DNA of 64,000 nucleotides, taken from positions 3,738-67,737 of the IMG/VR virus record IMGVR_UViG_3300046812_000216; one strand, written 5' to 3'. Source of the stretch: a virus. Shown here piece after piece: positions 25,321 to 35,540 of the stretch (its first letter is position 1; each line of letters opens with the position of its first letter). The notes under the pieces were generated by a model that saw only the letters and a list, made by a program, of their open reading frames with translations, did not search any database and was not told the origin of the DNA. A program made the translations under genes and the position numbers.

Positions 25321-27576
25321 ATGAGCTATCCCTTCGGGAAGGTCGATCTGGAATTCGCAGCCGTGTCCAATTACGCGGCCTATTACAAAGAGAAGGGGCT
25401 GGCCCCGATCCCGTCCTTCACCCCGGACGAAGTGGGGTGGATCAAGAACATCGCCGGTCACTGGCAAGCTCCGCCCAACCCGACAAAAACCCAGCTTTCA
25501 TGGAAGCGTCCGGTGCCGAAGTGGCGCGATCTGCCGCCGGTCCTGACGGAAGAAATTTTCCACAAGTGGTTTGGCAAGGGCGGGCTCTATGTCTCGCGCA
25601 AGCACCAGCTTGGACATCTGACATTTCGTTCCGCCGACCGCGTTTTCGTGATCGACCTCGACACCCACAAGACGCCGGAGGCGGCGATCTGGTGGCAGTT
25701 GATGGAGGAGATGCAGCAGAAGGGCGGTGAGCTTGAGGCGCCGGAAATCATTACCGGCGGCGGCGGGCGCCAGCTTCTGTTTCGCGCTCCGCCCGGCTGG
25801 ACGCCGCCGACCAACAAGACGAACTACGGCGTCGATATCAGGGGTAAGGGCGGGTTTGCCGTCCTGCCGCCATCCGTCCACGAATCCGGCCGCCTGTACG
25901 AATGGAAAGACGGACTGGCCCTCGATGACTTCAAGGTCATCCCGGAGGCTCCGGCTTGGCTCTGCGAGCAGATCGACCAGCTTGTCGCCGAATCCGGCGG
26001 AGGTCCGGCGCCGCGCGATCATGTCCACACGGCTACGCCGCACGACGGCGCGGAAAACATCTTCGGCCGCAAGATCGACGGGCGCGAGTGGGAGGCGACC
26101 AAGATCGCCTTCCGCACCGTGGTCAACGCCTATCGCGAATGCCCGATCAGCCCGTCGTTGTCCGAGATCGAGAAGATGGTCAATTCCGGCTTCACGGTCT
26201 ACCTCGACCGCTGCAAGAGCCGCCTGCCGATAGGCGATCCGGGCTCCAACGCCGAGAGGCTGGAGCGCGAGGGTCGCGGCTACACCATGTTCCAGCGCAA
26301 GATCCTCGACCTGATGCCGCGATGGGCCACATTCGTCGCGACAGAGGCCGCGAAGCCCAACCCTTTCGAAGAGGCCTCCCCGAATAAAGATCCGTTCGAG
26401 GAGGCGCGCAAGGAGCAGCAGCAAGAGCAGGAGCCGCCCCAGCAGGCCGCTGGAGGCGATTCGTCGCCACCGCCGCCCCCACCCCCGCCGCCACCGGACG
26501 AGGAGGCGGAATTCTCCGGCGCAGCCCAGCCGAAGCAGGAGGCCAAGAGCAAGATCATGCTCTACGACCTCGACCAGATCGAGGCCATGCGCGACCCGGT
26601 CTATCTGGTCGATGGCGTGATCGCGGAGGACGCCCTTGGATTTGTCTTTGGCGCGCCGGGCTGCGGAAAATCCTTCCTAGCGTTAAGCCTCGCGCTCGCC
26701 ATCGCCTTTGGCATGAAAGAGTGGTTTGGCAAGGGAATCGCCAAGAACGGGCCGGTGGTCTACATTTCGTCAGAAGGCCAGTCCGACATGAAAAACCGCA
26801 TTCGGGCGTGGAAGAAAAAGTTCAAGTTCGACCACAACGACGCCCCCTTCCGCCTCATCATCGCCCCGCTCAATTTCATGCAGCCGGAAGACGTGATCGC
26901 CCTCCAGAAGGCGGTGTCGGCCGCCGTGGCGGGCATGGGCGGCAAGCCGGTGATGTTCGTGGTCGATACCGTGTCGCGCGTCCTGCCGGGCGCCGACGAG
27001 AACCTCCAGAAAGACATGACGCTGTTCGTCCGGGCCTGCGACTTCCTGCGCACCAGCTTCGGCGCGGCGGTGATGGGCGTCCACCACACCTCGCGCAATG
27101 GCAACATGCGCGGCTCCAGCGTGTTCGACGGCGCGGCCGACTTCATGCTCCAGATCGAGCGCGAGAAGCAGGCGCAGATCGGCCTGATGACTGCCGCCAA
27201 GATCAAGACGGCGATGGACGGCTGGGAGCTTGAGTTCGAGCTTGAGCAGATCGAGGTCCGGCCATTGACCGGCGCCACCTCGCTCGTCGCCATCCCGGTC
27301 AGCAAAGATGCGCCTAAAAAGCTGACGCCGGATCTGGCGCGAAAAATCCGGCAGGCGATCCATGACGCATGGCAGATGAAGAACCCGTGGTCGAGCGCGA
27401 TCCAGACCCGCGCCACCGGCCGCTATGCCATCGACCACATGGTCCGCGACTTTGGCCTGCCGGTGGTCGAGGCGGAACAGTTGCTCAAGGACTGGCTCTT
27501 CAACGGCGTTCTCAAGGTCGAAATGGTCAGCATCGACACCAAGCAAAAGGGGCTCAAGGTCATGCTTTGGGACTGA
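25321..27576 (+). CDS. Bifunctional primase-polymerase fused to RecA-like (AAA_25) helicase
   Basis: VFVIDLDTH, TGGGGRQLLFR, VDIRGKGGFAVLPPSVH (Prim-Pol); GAPGCGKS Walker A, FVVDT Walker B, VHHTSR..MRGSS. Confidence 0.92.
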   Translation: MSYPFGKVDLEFAAVSNYAAYYKEKGLAPIPSFTPDEVGWIKNIAGHWQAPPNPTKTQLSWKRPVPKWRDLPPVLTEEIFHKWFGKGGLYVSRKHQLGHLTFRSADRVFVIDLDTHKTPEAAIWWQLMEEMQQKGGELEAPEIITGGGGRQLLFRAPPGWTPPTNKTNYGVDIRGKGGFAVLPPSVHESGRLYEWKDGLALDDFKVIPEAPAWLCEQIDQLVAESGGGPAPRDHVHTATPHDGAENIFGRKIDGREWEATKIAFRTVVNAYRECPISPSLSEIEKMVNSGFTVYLDRCKSRLPIGDPGSNAERLEREGRGYTMFQRKILDLMPRWATFVATEAAKPNPFEEASPNKDPFEEARKEQQQEQEPPQQAAGGDSSPPPPPPPPPPDEEAEFSGAAQPKQEAKSKIMLYDLDQIEAMRDPVYLVDGVIAEDALGFVFGAPGCGKSFLALSLALAIAFGMKEWFGKGIAKNGPVVYISSEGQSDMKNRIRAWKKKFKFDHNDAPFRLIIAPLNFMQPEDVIALQKAVSAAVAGMGGKPVMFVVDTVSRVLPGADENLQKDMTLFVRACDFLRTSFGAAVMGVHHTSRNGNMRGSSVFDGAADFMLQIEREKQAQIGLMTAAKIKTAMDGWELEFELEQIEVRPLTGATSLVAIPVSKDAPKKLTPDLARKIRQAIHDAWQMKNPWSSAIQTRATGRYAIDHMVRDFGLPVVEAEQLLKDWLFNGVLKVEMVSIDTKQKGLKVMLWD

Positions 27577-27582
27577 GCAATT

Positions 27583-27895
27583 CCCGGAAGTCGATTTTGG
27601 AGACTTCCGGTCAATGAAATCAACAGGTTACGGGCTAAAAACCCGGATTTTCCGGAAGTCTCCGGAAGTCCAGCCCTCAGACCTCCGGAGACTTCCGGAG
27701 AACAGTAAACCCAGCAAAAACAAGGAGTTAACATGAAAGCACGGAAGTTTCACGGAAGTCGGCCGGAAGTCGCACGGAAGTCCCACAAAAAACCCAATGA
27801 AATCAACGGTTTAGACTTCCGGCGGACTTCCGTCGCGCGTACATACACGCGAGCGCGCGCGTGCGCCCCCCTTCGGGGGGAGGGGGACTTCCGTA
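27583..27895. repeat. Iteron-like repeat cluster (putative replication origin)
   Basis: About 12 copies of CGGAAGT/ACTTCCG in both orientations plus 2 x CAATGAAATCAAC, directly after the primase-helicase. Confidence 0.65.
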
Positions 27896-27999
27896 CCCCC
27901 ATCCAACCATCCCCCTTGGACGCGGAGGCTCGCTCCTATGGTCGCGACCTCCGCTGAAGAGGATGGGACGATGAAACGGCAGAACGAAAGGATGAAACA

Positions 28000-28275
28000 G
28001 TGAGGTTCAAGGTTGGTGGAGATATTGTCGAGGCGACGGTGATCGCGGAGGAGGGCGGCAAGATCCTGATCGAGCTTCCCATCGACAAGGCGGTGCGACG
28101 CTTCAGGGTCAGGCGCGGGGCAGGCAAGTGGCGTCCGCTGTCGATCAACAAGGCTGGCGCGATCTACGAGACGAAAAGCGCCAAGGCGCTGCTCGATGAA
28201 GACAGGCCGCTGTTCGACTGGGCGCAGGGCCGGATATGGATGAACGAAGGGAAGGTTGAAAATGGCAAGGGTTAA
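28000..28275 (+). CDS. Hypothetical protein
   Basis: 91 aa operon-packed ORF with GTG start. Confidence 0.55.
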   Translation: MRFKVGGDIVEATVIAEEGGKILIELPIDKAVRRFRVRRGAGKWRPLSINKAGAIYETKSAKALLDEDRPLFDWAQGRIWMNEGKVENGKG

Positions 28276-28894
28276 GATCGGACAGAAGTTGGCGTGGGCT
28301 CCGGGGCGACCGGCGCCGTGGACATCGACGGCGGGAAGCTATGTCAGCGGGCGGGCGCAGTTGGACGAGATGGACCTCGTTGCAATCGAGATGGAGCGCA
28401 AGTGGGGCGCGGATCGTCTCCGGCTGCTGGTAGATCCGGAATGGCGCGAGAAGTTCGACCGCCAGCGCTTCAATGTGAACAAGGCGGTGACGAGCGGAGA
28501 GCTTGGCGAGGTGATCGAGCAGGCGAAACGGATGATCGCGGCGTGGCGCAAGCTCGACGCGCTGGCGGAAGGATCGAGCAGGGCGAAGCTGCCTCCGACC
28601 GTGTGGGAGATCGCGCTCAATGACGGAACCGTGGTGCAGATCGTGCGCGAGGCGGAGATGGCGGACAAGCTGGCGAGGGAGGATTCGGCCGGGCGGAAAA
28701 AGATCGTGTTCACACTCGACGAGATCGCGAAGCTGCTGGGCGGGGCCAAGGCGATCAGGGAGGCGAAAATGAACTGGCCCGGCGCGGAGGTCACGGCGGT
28801 CAGGGAGAAGATCCATGACCCCCTGATGAACGTCCACGACACTTATCAGGGGCTCGACGATCCGATCCCGGAATTCGACGGAGGCGCGATATGA
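28262..28894 (+). CDS. Hypothetical protein
   Basis: About 210 aa ORF (MERKWGADRL...) with phage-like codon usage. Confidence 0.7.
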   Translation: MARVKIGQKLAWAPGRPAPWTSTAGSYVSGRAQLDEMDLVAIEMERKWGADRLRLLVDPEWREKFDRQRFNVNKAVTSGELGEVIEQAKRMIAAWRKLDALAEGSSRAKLPPTVWEIALNDGTVVQIVREAEMADKLAREDSAGRKKIVFTLDEIAKLLGGAKAIREAKMNWPGAEVTAVREKIHDPLMNVHDTYQGLDDPIPEFDGGAI

Positions 28895-29123
28895 GAAAGC
28901 GACTAGTCGGCAAGTGGGTCGCGTACCGGGCCGCAGGCATGACGATAAACGGCTGCACGGTGTGCGGACGCAATTCTTTCGACAAGGAAGGCTATCTGCT
29001 GCGCCGGATCGGATATGGCTGGCTCCTGTGCCGGGGAGGGCGGCACAGGGATCGACAGAAACCGGGGCAGGAGGCGCAAGGAGCCCTCTGCCCGCTACCT
29101 ACCCACCTGAAACGGAGAGAACC

Positions 29124-29411
29124 ATGTTCCTGAAGCCTTCTGTGATCGCCTTCCGCCGACTGCGCGAGCGCATCGGCCTGTCGCTGATCGACATCGCCAT
29201 GATCACCGGGCATAGCCCGCGAGCCGTCAGCTATTGGCTGGAGGGAAAGCGCCCTGTGCCTTTCCACGTCGTCATGATCCTGCGGGCCTATGAGGAAGGC
29301 TTCCTCGAACGACAATGGATCGAGGCGGAGGCGGAGGAATTCGAAACAAAAAAAACCCCGCGCAAGGCGGGGTCAGTCAAGGGGAGCGAAGAGGCTATCC
29401 CCCGGTGTTGA
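29124..29411 (+). CDS. XRE-family HTH protein
   Basis: LRERIGLSLIDIAMITGHSPRAVSYWLEGKRPVP; RBS GGAGA. Confidence 0.75.
   Translation: MFLKPSVIAFRRLRERIGLSLIDIAMITGHSPRAVSYWLEGKRPVPFHVVMILRAYEEGFLERQWIEAEAEEFETKKTPRKAGSVKGSEEAIPRC
29348..29373 (-). terminator. Intrinsic terminator for the minus-strand early region
   Basis: On minus: ACCCCGC-loop-GCGGGGT followed by a T run, just after the last early gene. Confidence 0.65.
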
Positions 29412-29607
29412 TCTTATCCAAGATCCACGACGGCTTCAACAGGCCTTCCTGAACCGCGCGCAGCAGGATGACGATGGGCAGGGGCGGCTTGGTCACCCCT
29501 TGCTCCCAGTTGCGCACGGCCTTGGTGGTGCAGGAGCCGATCACGGCGAGGTCGCGCTGGGTCACGCCGACCTCGATCATCAGTTGCTTAAACTCGTCGC
29601 CGCGCAT
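29395..29607 (-). CDS. XRE/Cro-like HTH protein
   Basis: GVTQRDLAVIGSCTTKAVRNWEQG. Confidence 0.8.
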   Translation of the reverse strand: MRGDEFKQLMIEVGVTQRDLAVIGSCTTKAVRNWEQGVTKPPLPIVILLRAVQEGLLKPSWILDKINTGG

Positions 29608-29840
29608 GGCTCTGTCCTTTCGACGTAATTCAGTATTTTGTAGGCGAAAATGCTCAATGCGTTTTCAACGTCGATGATCACGTCGTCTCTTTCCGAAACG
29701 ACTTTAGCTCCGAAGTGAGAGAATGCCGTCTCTTTGAATTCTTCCCGCTCTTCATTTGTGGCGAAAGAGGCGGTGTGCTCGCTTTTGATCAAGGGCGAAG
29801 AGATGGAGACGGTGACGGAAAACACTCTCTGCATCATGGC

Positions 29841-30107
29841 TTATCCCTTCTCGTTTTCTTTGATCCACGCCTCGGAGGCGGCGTAGGAGCGCACGACGCA
29901 GTCGCCGACATCAGCGACGAGCAAGTCCGGCGTGTTGCTTTTCATGCCGTTGAGGGCGGCGACGAGCAGCAGGATGGCGATGTTGACCAGCATGTCGGGC
30001 TCGCGGTTGTCATGTTCAGCGACGACGTGGATGGCGGTCATGGTGGCCTTGATCTTGTCGAGGGCGGTCATGTTTCCGTAGAGGGTCGGCTGGAGGAGCT
30101 TGTTCAT
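29841..30107 (-). CDS. Hypothetical early protein
   Basis: RBS AAGGA; operon-packed. Confidence 0.55.
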   Translation of the reverse strand: MNKLLQPTLYGNMTALDKIKATMTAIHVVAEHDNREPDMLVNIAILLLVAALNGMKSNTPDLLVADVGDCVVRSYAASEAWIKENEKG

Positions 30108-30608
30108 TGCTTGCTTCCTTTCAGGATGAAGGCGGTGATGGTCGCGGTGGCGGCCAGCGCGGCAAGGGAAGCCTTGGGAGCGCTGACGACGAGGAGGATG
30201 GCGAAAAAGGCGAGGGTCAATGGTGTTGTCCGTTGCTGATCGCCACGACGATGGCGATGAAGGCGAGAAGGAAGATCCAGCCCATGACGCGGGGGAACAC
30301 GCCCCACAAGATCACGAAAATGGCGAAGCCGATCATGAAGTGCATGGCGAAGTCCCCCGCGACAAATCAATAGCAGTTGGTGTAGCAAGTGCGCTGGTTG
30401 CCGTACTGCTGGCACGTCGTGGTGCATGTCCCGGCGTGGGCCTTGGCGACGTAGGCGCCGACGCTGCCGATGACGATGGCGGCGAGCATGGCGGCGATTA
30501 TGGCGGTCTTTTTCATGCGTGTTGTTTCCTTGAAGAGATGCTGATGGTCATCATCAGGCCGGGCCTCACCCGACTATGCCGATTACGAAGGACCGGCATT
30601 TCGACCTG

Positions 30609-30929
30609 TTACTGGCCTTCCTTCTCGATCAGCCCGCGTTCGAACGCGCACCACTTCTTGAGGCCGCGCTTGGCGGAGGCTTCGCGGGCGATGCGCTGCC
30701 CGATGCTGATGTCGAAGCCTCCCTCCTCCTTGATCATTTTCTTGGTGACGCCGACCTTGGCGGCGAGGGTTCCGACCAGTTTCTCCGGGAAGGGAATCGC
30801 GCAGGCGTCGGCGGCATAATCGATCACGCCGAGAAAGGCGTAGAATTTCTTGGGCGAGTCGATGCCGTCCGCATGAGCCGGGGCGGCGATGGCCGCGAGC
30901 ATGGCGAGGGCGATGAGCGTCTTTTTCAT
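30609..30929 (-). CDS. Hypothetical secreted protein
   Basis: Signal peptide MKKTLIALAMLAAIAAPAHA; RBS AGGAG. Confidence 0.7.
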   Translation of the reverse strand: MKKTLIALAMLAAIAAPAHADGIDSPKKFYAFLGVIDYAADACAIPFPEKLVGTLAAKVGVTKKMIKEEGGFDISIGQRIAREASAKRGLKKWCAFERGLIEKEGQ

Positions 30930-30941
30930 GGACTTCTCCTG

Positions 30942-31193
30942 TTAGCTGGCGCTGGGGCTGTAGCGCCCGGCGGCGATTTCGTTGCAGCGGATCTGCTCGT
31001 TCTCAAGCTCACGCATGCCCTCGGCCGCCGTCATGACGTGATCGAGGTTGGAGGCGACGCGCTTGGCGCCGAGCCTGTCGGCCGCGTCCTGCTCGAACCG
31101 CATGCGCTCCTCCATGTTGGCGAACCAGAAGGTGCGCTGGGTGCGGAAGAGGTCGGTCTGGATCTCGACGGTGATCGTGTAGATGGTTTTCAT
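30942..31193 (-). CDS. Hypothetical early protein
   Basis: ATGA overlap with the upstream gene. Confidence 0.6.
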   Translation of the reverse strand: MKTIYTITVEIQTDLFRTQRTFWFANMEERMRFEQDAADRLGAKRVASNLDHVMTAAEGMRELENEQIRCNEIAAGRYSPSAS

Positions 31194-31384
31194 TTCAGCA
31201 GATCCTTGTGGTTGATGAGGAATTCAGCGACGGCGCACTGGATGATCTCGGAGACGCTGCCGAATTCGGGGCGGCGCTTCCAGATCTGGTTGACCGCCTT
31301 TTTCTGGGCGTCGTCGATGCGGAAGGTCGCGACGCGCTTGGCGCCGGTCGAGGGGATGAAGGGCGGAATGTAACGCTGGTCCAT
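31190..31384 (-). CDS. RHH-like DNA-binding protein
   Basis: VATFRIDDAQKKAV...SVSEIIQCAVAEFL. Confidence 0.6.
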   Translation of the reverse strand: MDQRYIPPFIPSTGAKRVATFRIDDAQKKAVNQIWKRRPEFGSVSEIIQCAVAEFLINHKDLLK

Positions 31385-31608
31385 GGCTGCGGTCCTTTAG
31401 CTGAAGACGACGCCGGTATCGACGGCGTGTGAATAGCAATCGACGAGGTCGATGCCGAGATAGACTTGGTCGAGCCCGGCCGCGAGGCGGGCGGATTCGC
31501 GGGCGGCGTAGTTGGCGAGGGAGATGTTGAGCTTGAGGCTGGTGAACATTTTTGCGAATCCCGTTTGGGGCTGGGTGAAACGGGAGGCCCGGAGGCCTCC
31601 CTTGTGAA

Positions 31609-31911
31609 TTACTCGGCGGCGGCGGCGAGGAGCGCCGGGACTTTGGCCTTGACGGTCAGAGTGTTGGAGAACGTGGTTTCGGTGCAGGCCTTGATCTGGG
31701 CCGGGGTCAGGAGCTTCTTGGCCTTGTCGGCCTTGAAGATATCCTTGCCGACAGTCTTGACGGTGACGACGCAGAATTCGCCTTCGATCTCGGAGAGGCC
31801 GAGATCCTTGAGTTGGGCCTTCAGGTCGTCGGCGATCTTCTGCGCGGCCTTAGCGGCGGCGTCGGCGGCGAAGAACTGGTCGGCGAGGGAGAGGTTGGAG
31901 AGGGTGGTCAT
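31609..31911 (-). CDS. Hypothetical early protein
   Basis: Behind a promoter at 31949-31977; RBS GAGGA; strong codon bias. Confidence 0.7.
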   Translation of the reverse strand: MTTLSNLSLADQFFAADAAAKAAQKIADDLKAQLKDLGLSEIEGEFCVVTVKTVGKDIFKADKAKKLLTPAQIKACTETTFSNTLTVKAKVPALLAAAAE

Positions 31912-31948
31912 GTGCGCAGTTCCTCGTGGTGCGTGGTCAACGAAGATA

Positions 31949-31977
31949 GGTTTAAACGGTTCGCTTTAAACCGTCAA
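31949..31977 (-). promoter_or_regulatory. Early promoter TTGACG-N17-TAAACC
   Basis: Member of the repeated promoter family; overlaps the inverted repeat GGTTTAAA..TTTAAACC. Confidence 0.65.
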
Positions 31978-32352
31978 CCCACTTTCTGAAAAAACTTTCT
32001 TCACGGCAAAAAAACCCTTGCCGGTGCGGACGATGTCGCCGTCGCGGACGAGGCGCGAGCAGGCCGGGTGGGTGCTCTTGGCCTTGAGGTTGTTCTTCTG
32101 AAGCTCGACGCCGATCTCGAATGCGCTCACCGGCCGGTCCAAGGCCTTCAGCAGGCCGATGATGAGCTTCCCGACCACCTGATCGCGGGCGGCGCGAGGA
32201 TTGGACGGGCGCGGCCCTACAGGCTTGTCCGGAGCCGCCGGGATGGGTGAGCCCGCGTCAGTGACCAGAAACAGGCTGTGCGGGCCTGCGGCGGCCCTGA
32301 TGGCGTCGGCGTGCTTGAGGTTGGGGACGACGATGGTGATGCGATACGGCAT
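31966..32352 (-). CDS. Winged-helix-like protein
   Basis: PVSAFEIGVEL...THPACSRLVRDGDIVRTGKGFF. Confidence 0.5.
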   Translation of the reverse strand: MPYRITIVVPNLKHADAIRAAAGPHSLFLVTDAGSPIPAAPDKPVGPRPSNPRAARDQVVGKLIIGLLKALDRPVSAFEIGVELQKNNLKAKSTHPACSRLVRDGDIVRTGKGFFAVKKVFSESGLTV

Positions 32353-32923
32353 TGGAATGCTCCATGGAGGGTTGAGTCGAAGGGGCTGGATGGTCAGTCG
32401 CCGATGGAAAGGAAGGCCATTACGCCGATGAACAGGAAGAAAAGGGCGAGGCAGTGCATGGTTTAAAGCTCCGAGATCATGGCGATGAAGATGGCGTAGG
32501 CGAGGAAGCAGGAAGTGAATTCAAGAACCGTGTGCATGGGTCAGAAGTCCCGGTCGAAGGTCATGGCGATGGCGATGGCGATGATGACGATGATGGCGAA
32601 GGTTCCTGCGACGGCGTGGAGATGCATGGCTATTCCCCGATCAGGTTGAGGATGAGGATGATGGCGCCCACGGCGCAGGCGAACCAGAAGGCGTCGATGG
32701 CGAAGGGGCCGGGCTGGGACATGGTTTTTCCTTTTTCAGATCATGACGATGCCGAGCGATTCGCCGGTCTTGGGGTCGATCACCTCGATGCGCCAACTGG
32801 CGTTGGAGCGGGAGGATGACCTGACCGGGCGGTGGAGCCGTCCGGGGTGTTTTTCGTCGAGGTTTCGGGAAATCCGGAGGGCGTCGGCCCTCCGGGGGAT
32901 TTTGTATTCCACCGGGCCGGGCA

Positions 32924-33841
32924 TCAGAGGATGGCCGGGCGGGTCACGACGGTCTGCTTGGTGTCGTTGTAGACGCTGTGGTCGCTGACGGTGGCCTTGA
33001 AGGTCACCTTGTCGCCCTTGGCGATGCCGGTGAAGATGCCGGAGCCCTTGTGGACGAGGACGTTGCCGTCCGCGTCCTTCATGCCGGTGACATGCTTGGT
33101 TCCGAAGGCGGTGTCGAACGAGGTGCGGTAGATCACCGTGGCGGTGAAGTCGCGACGCTGCTTGATGGCCCCCACGAAGCCGCTGGCGGCGTTCTCGGCC
33201 TTGCGGGCGGCTGCGATGGCCGCGCGGTTGGAAATGCGCTCCAGCAGGCTCCGCACGAAGCTGGTCTGCTTCTCGGAGATTTCGCCGTACTGCACGACGC
33301 GGCCGACGATGTCGTAGATGCGGTCTTCCTCGTAGCCCGTGAACGGGCTGGCGGCCTGATCGTCGGGCTCGACGCCGTTCTTGAGATCCTGTTCGCGGCT
33401 CTTGTAGAAGGCCAAGATGGCGACGCGCAGATCCCAAGCGGCCGACAGGCCTGCCTCGGCGAGGATCTTCTGGGCTTTGGCCTTGCCCGCGATGGCGGCG
33501 AGGCCGCCCTTGACCTCTTTCTTGAAGGCGTTGACCAAGCCGTTGTCGATGGCAAGCTCCATCTTTTCGGCGCAGTCGAGGCCGGTGCGGATGTAGACGT
33601 TGCTGGGGACGTGGTGGAAGATGGCGGTGTACATGCAGCCCGCGCCGCAGATGTGGCAGGAGCCGCCGTGCTCGTGGCGCGACCACTGGCCGCCTGTACA
33701 GGCGAAGTGGCGGGCAAGCTGCTCGCGGCGGGCGATGGCGCCCTGCCAGTCTTGGTCGCCAAGATAGCCGAAGGTCACGAAGTCATAGTCGGCGGGGACG
33801 AGGGCGGAGGGGCGATGGGCGTCGGTGCGGAGGAGAGCCAT
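32924..33841 (-). CDS. Hypothetical protein with CxxC motif and C-terminal OB-fold-like region
   Basis: CHICG...GLDC; FVGAIKQRRDFTATV...KGDKVTFKATVSDHSVYNDTKQTVVTRP. Confidence 0.7.
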   Translation of the reverse strand: MALLRTDAHRPSALVPADYDFVTFGYLGDQDWQGAIARREQLARHFACTGGQWSRHEHGGSCHICGAGCMYTAIFHHVPSNVYIRTGLDCAEKMELAIDNGLVNAFKKEVKGGLAAIAGKAKAQKILAEAGLSAAWDLRVAILAFYKSREQDLKNGVEPDDQAASPFTGYEEDRIYDIVGRVVQYGEISEKQTSFVRSLLERISNRAAIAAARKAENAASGFVGAIKQRRDFTATVIYRTSFDTAFGTKHVTGMKDADGNVLVHKGSGIFTGIAKGDKVTFKATVSDHSVYNDTKQTVVTRPAIL

Positions 33842-33881
33842 GTGGGTAGATCCGTTCGTTCGTTCGTTGCTTACAAGGGAG

Positions 33882-33910
33882 AACTTATTTCCCCCTTGCC
33901 GCAATGTCAA
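33882..33910 (-). promoter_or_regulatory. Early promoter TTGACA-N17-TAAGTT
   Basis: Canonical -35 and 17 nt spacer upstream of the 33841 start. Confidence 0.65.
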
Positions 33911-33953
33911 CACACAAAGGGAAGTTTTTTCCCTGTTTCGGGAAACTTTGTGT

Positions 33954-34166
33954 TCAAGGCGATCCGATCTCAAGGCCATCGGCCTGCATGCCCTCGATCA
34001 ATTCCCAGACGAACCGGGGTTCGACCGCGAGAGATCCGGCGAACCAGTCCATGTGGCCGGTGATGTTGTCGTCGAGCCACGTCTTGGCGGCCGGGGTGAT
34101 CGGGTCGATCAGCCAGATCGAGCCGTGGTCTTCGAAGGTGGCGTCGAGAAGGGATTTGTTTTTCAT
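33954..34166 (-). CDS. Hypothetical early protein
   Basis: DHGSIWLIDPITPAAKTWL...LAVEPRF; RBS GAGGA. Confidence 0.65.
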   Translation of the reverse strand: MKNKSLLDATFEDHGSIWLIDPITPAAKTWLDDNITGHMDWFAGSLAVEPRFVWELIEGMQADGLEIGSP

Positions 34167-34176
34167 GGTTTTGTCC

Positions 34177-34443
34177 TCAGAGGTAAGCTTGAGGCCCGAA
34201 GGCTTCGCGGAGTAGGCAACCAAGGCGGCGGTAGCCTTCGGGGCTGGCGGCGGCGAATTCCGACTGCGCGTGCATTTCCTTGACCACGGCGTGGTAAACG
34301 TCGCTCTCGGACATCCCGGCGTTGACCGCCTTGAGAAAGGCGGCGTTGAGCGACAGGGCGGCGCGGACGCGCCCCATCTTGGCGGAAAGACCCCAGTTGT
34401 CGGCGGTGGGATCTTTGATTTCCTTGGTGACGTGGATTTTCAT
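34177..34443 (-). CDS. Hypothetical early protein
   Basis: RBS GGAGGA. Confidence 0.6.
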   Translation of the reverse strand: MKIHVTKEIKDPTADNWGLSAKMGRVRAALSLNAAFLKAVNAGMSESDVYHAVVKEMHAQSEFAAASPEGYRRLGCLLREAFGPQAYL

Positions 34444-34453
34444 GCCTTCCTCC

Positions 34454-34759
34454 TTACAGGGGCAGCATCTTGAGGGCGTGGAACCAGTTTTCGAGGTGCT
34501 CCGGGCAGCGGTCCTCCGCGTCGCATTGGTCGCGGATCTCTTCGGCGATCTGGATGGTCACGTCCTTGCTGGTCCCGGCGGCGAGGTCGATCTCGACGAT
34601 CTGGCAGATGTCGTCGTCGTACTGGCCGTCCTTGATGTCCTTGACCAGCGTGGCGCGGACCATGTCGTTGGAGGTCACTTCGCGGGTCCAGTCGCCCGCG
34701 TCCTTGGCGCTGTAGGGGCCGCGCATGATGGGGAGGTAGATCTTGGTCGAGATGGTCAT
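34454..34759 (-). CDS. Hypothetical early protein
   Basis: RBS GAGGA; start MTISTK. Confidence 0.6.
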   Translation of the reverse strand: MTISTKIYLPIMRGPYSAKDAGDWTREVTSNDMVRATLVKDIKDGQYDDDICQIVEIDLAAGTSKDVTIQIAEEIRDQCDAEDRCPEHLENWFHALKMLPL

Positions 34760-34964
34760 GGTGGCTATCCTCAGAAGTTGTGGGGCTGGGCGCCGCGCGC
34801 CTTGCAGATCGCGCGGGCCTCGCGCTTGCCGGAGACGACGATCATCTCGGCGTTGGCGAATTCCGGGCCGTTGCAGGGGCGCGCGCACAGGCGAAGCTCC
34901 CAAGTCTGGTTCCGGCCTTTGTGGAGATATGCGGTCATTGGGGCGCTCCGTTTCAACTGATTTG

Positions 34965-34993
34965 GTTTTAAACGGTGCGCCCCGGTGTGTCAA
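34965..34993 (-). promoter_or_regulatory. Early promoter TTGACA-N17-TAAAAC
   Basis: Member of the repeated promoter family. Confidence 0.7.
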
Positions 34994-35331
34994 TTGGGCA
35001 TGGGCGAGATTCTTTCCACATTGCGCACAATGTGGTTTTTCATCAGGAAACCCCGGTTGATCAGGAAGCGCAGGGCGTCCTTGTCGCTCTTGGCGCGCAC
35101 GTCGAAGGTGGCGTCGGTGCCGGTGATCTTGCTGTGGAGGGTCACCGCGTAGAGCGGGACTTCCGGCGATTCGAAGATGCGCGACTGCTGGGCGATCAGC
35201 CCCTCGATTAGGCCGCGAAGGTAGTTGGCGTTGTCGTCGAACATTGCGCGGTTCTTGTTGACGGCGCTCGCCTTGAGGTGGCGGACGCTCTGGGCGAGTT
35301 CAGAGAGGCTGATGTCGGTTTTGCTGGTCAT
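34990..35331 (-). CDS. Hypothetical early protein
   Basis: 113 aa operon-packed ORF. Confidence 0.6.
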   Translation of the reverse strand: MTSKTDISLSELAQSVRHLKASAVNKNRAMFDDNANYLRGLIEGLIAQQSRIFESPEVPLYAVTLHSKITGTDATFDVRAKSDKDALRFLINRGFLMKNHIVRNVERISPMPN

Positions 35332-35540
35332 GGTTCAGGCTTTCTTGGAGAGGGTTGCAGAGAGCGTCCGACCGGCGCGCAGGGCGCTGGCTTTGGTCTT
35401 GTAGGCCCGGACCTCGCGGGCCGGGGCGCAGTAGGCGTGGGCCACGACCCACGTCCAGTAGGTCTGGCCCTCCCAATGCTCCACGGTGACGCCGTGGGGC
35501 AGGGCGAGGAGGATCTTGCGGTTGTGGTACATGGCGGGCC

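Noticed and set aside
29124-29607. Lysogeny switch formed by two HTH genes
   Set aside because: The genes are convergent rather than divergent, and no integrase or S24-type repressor is present.
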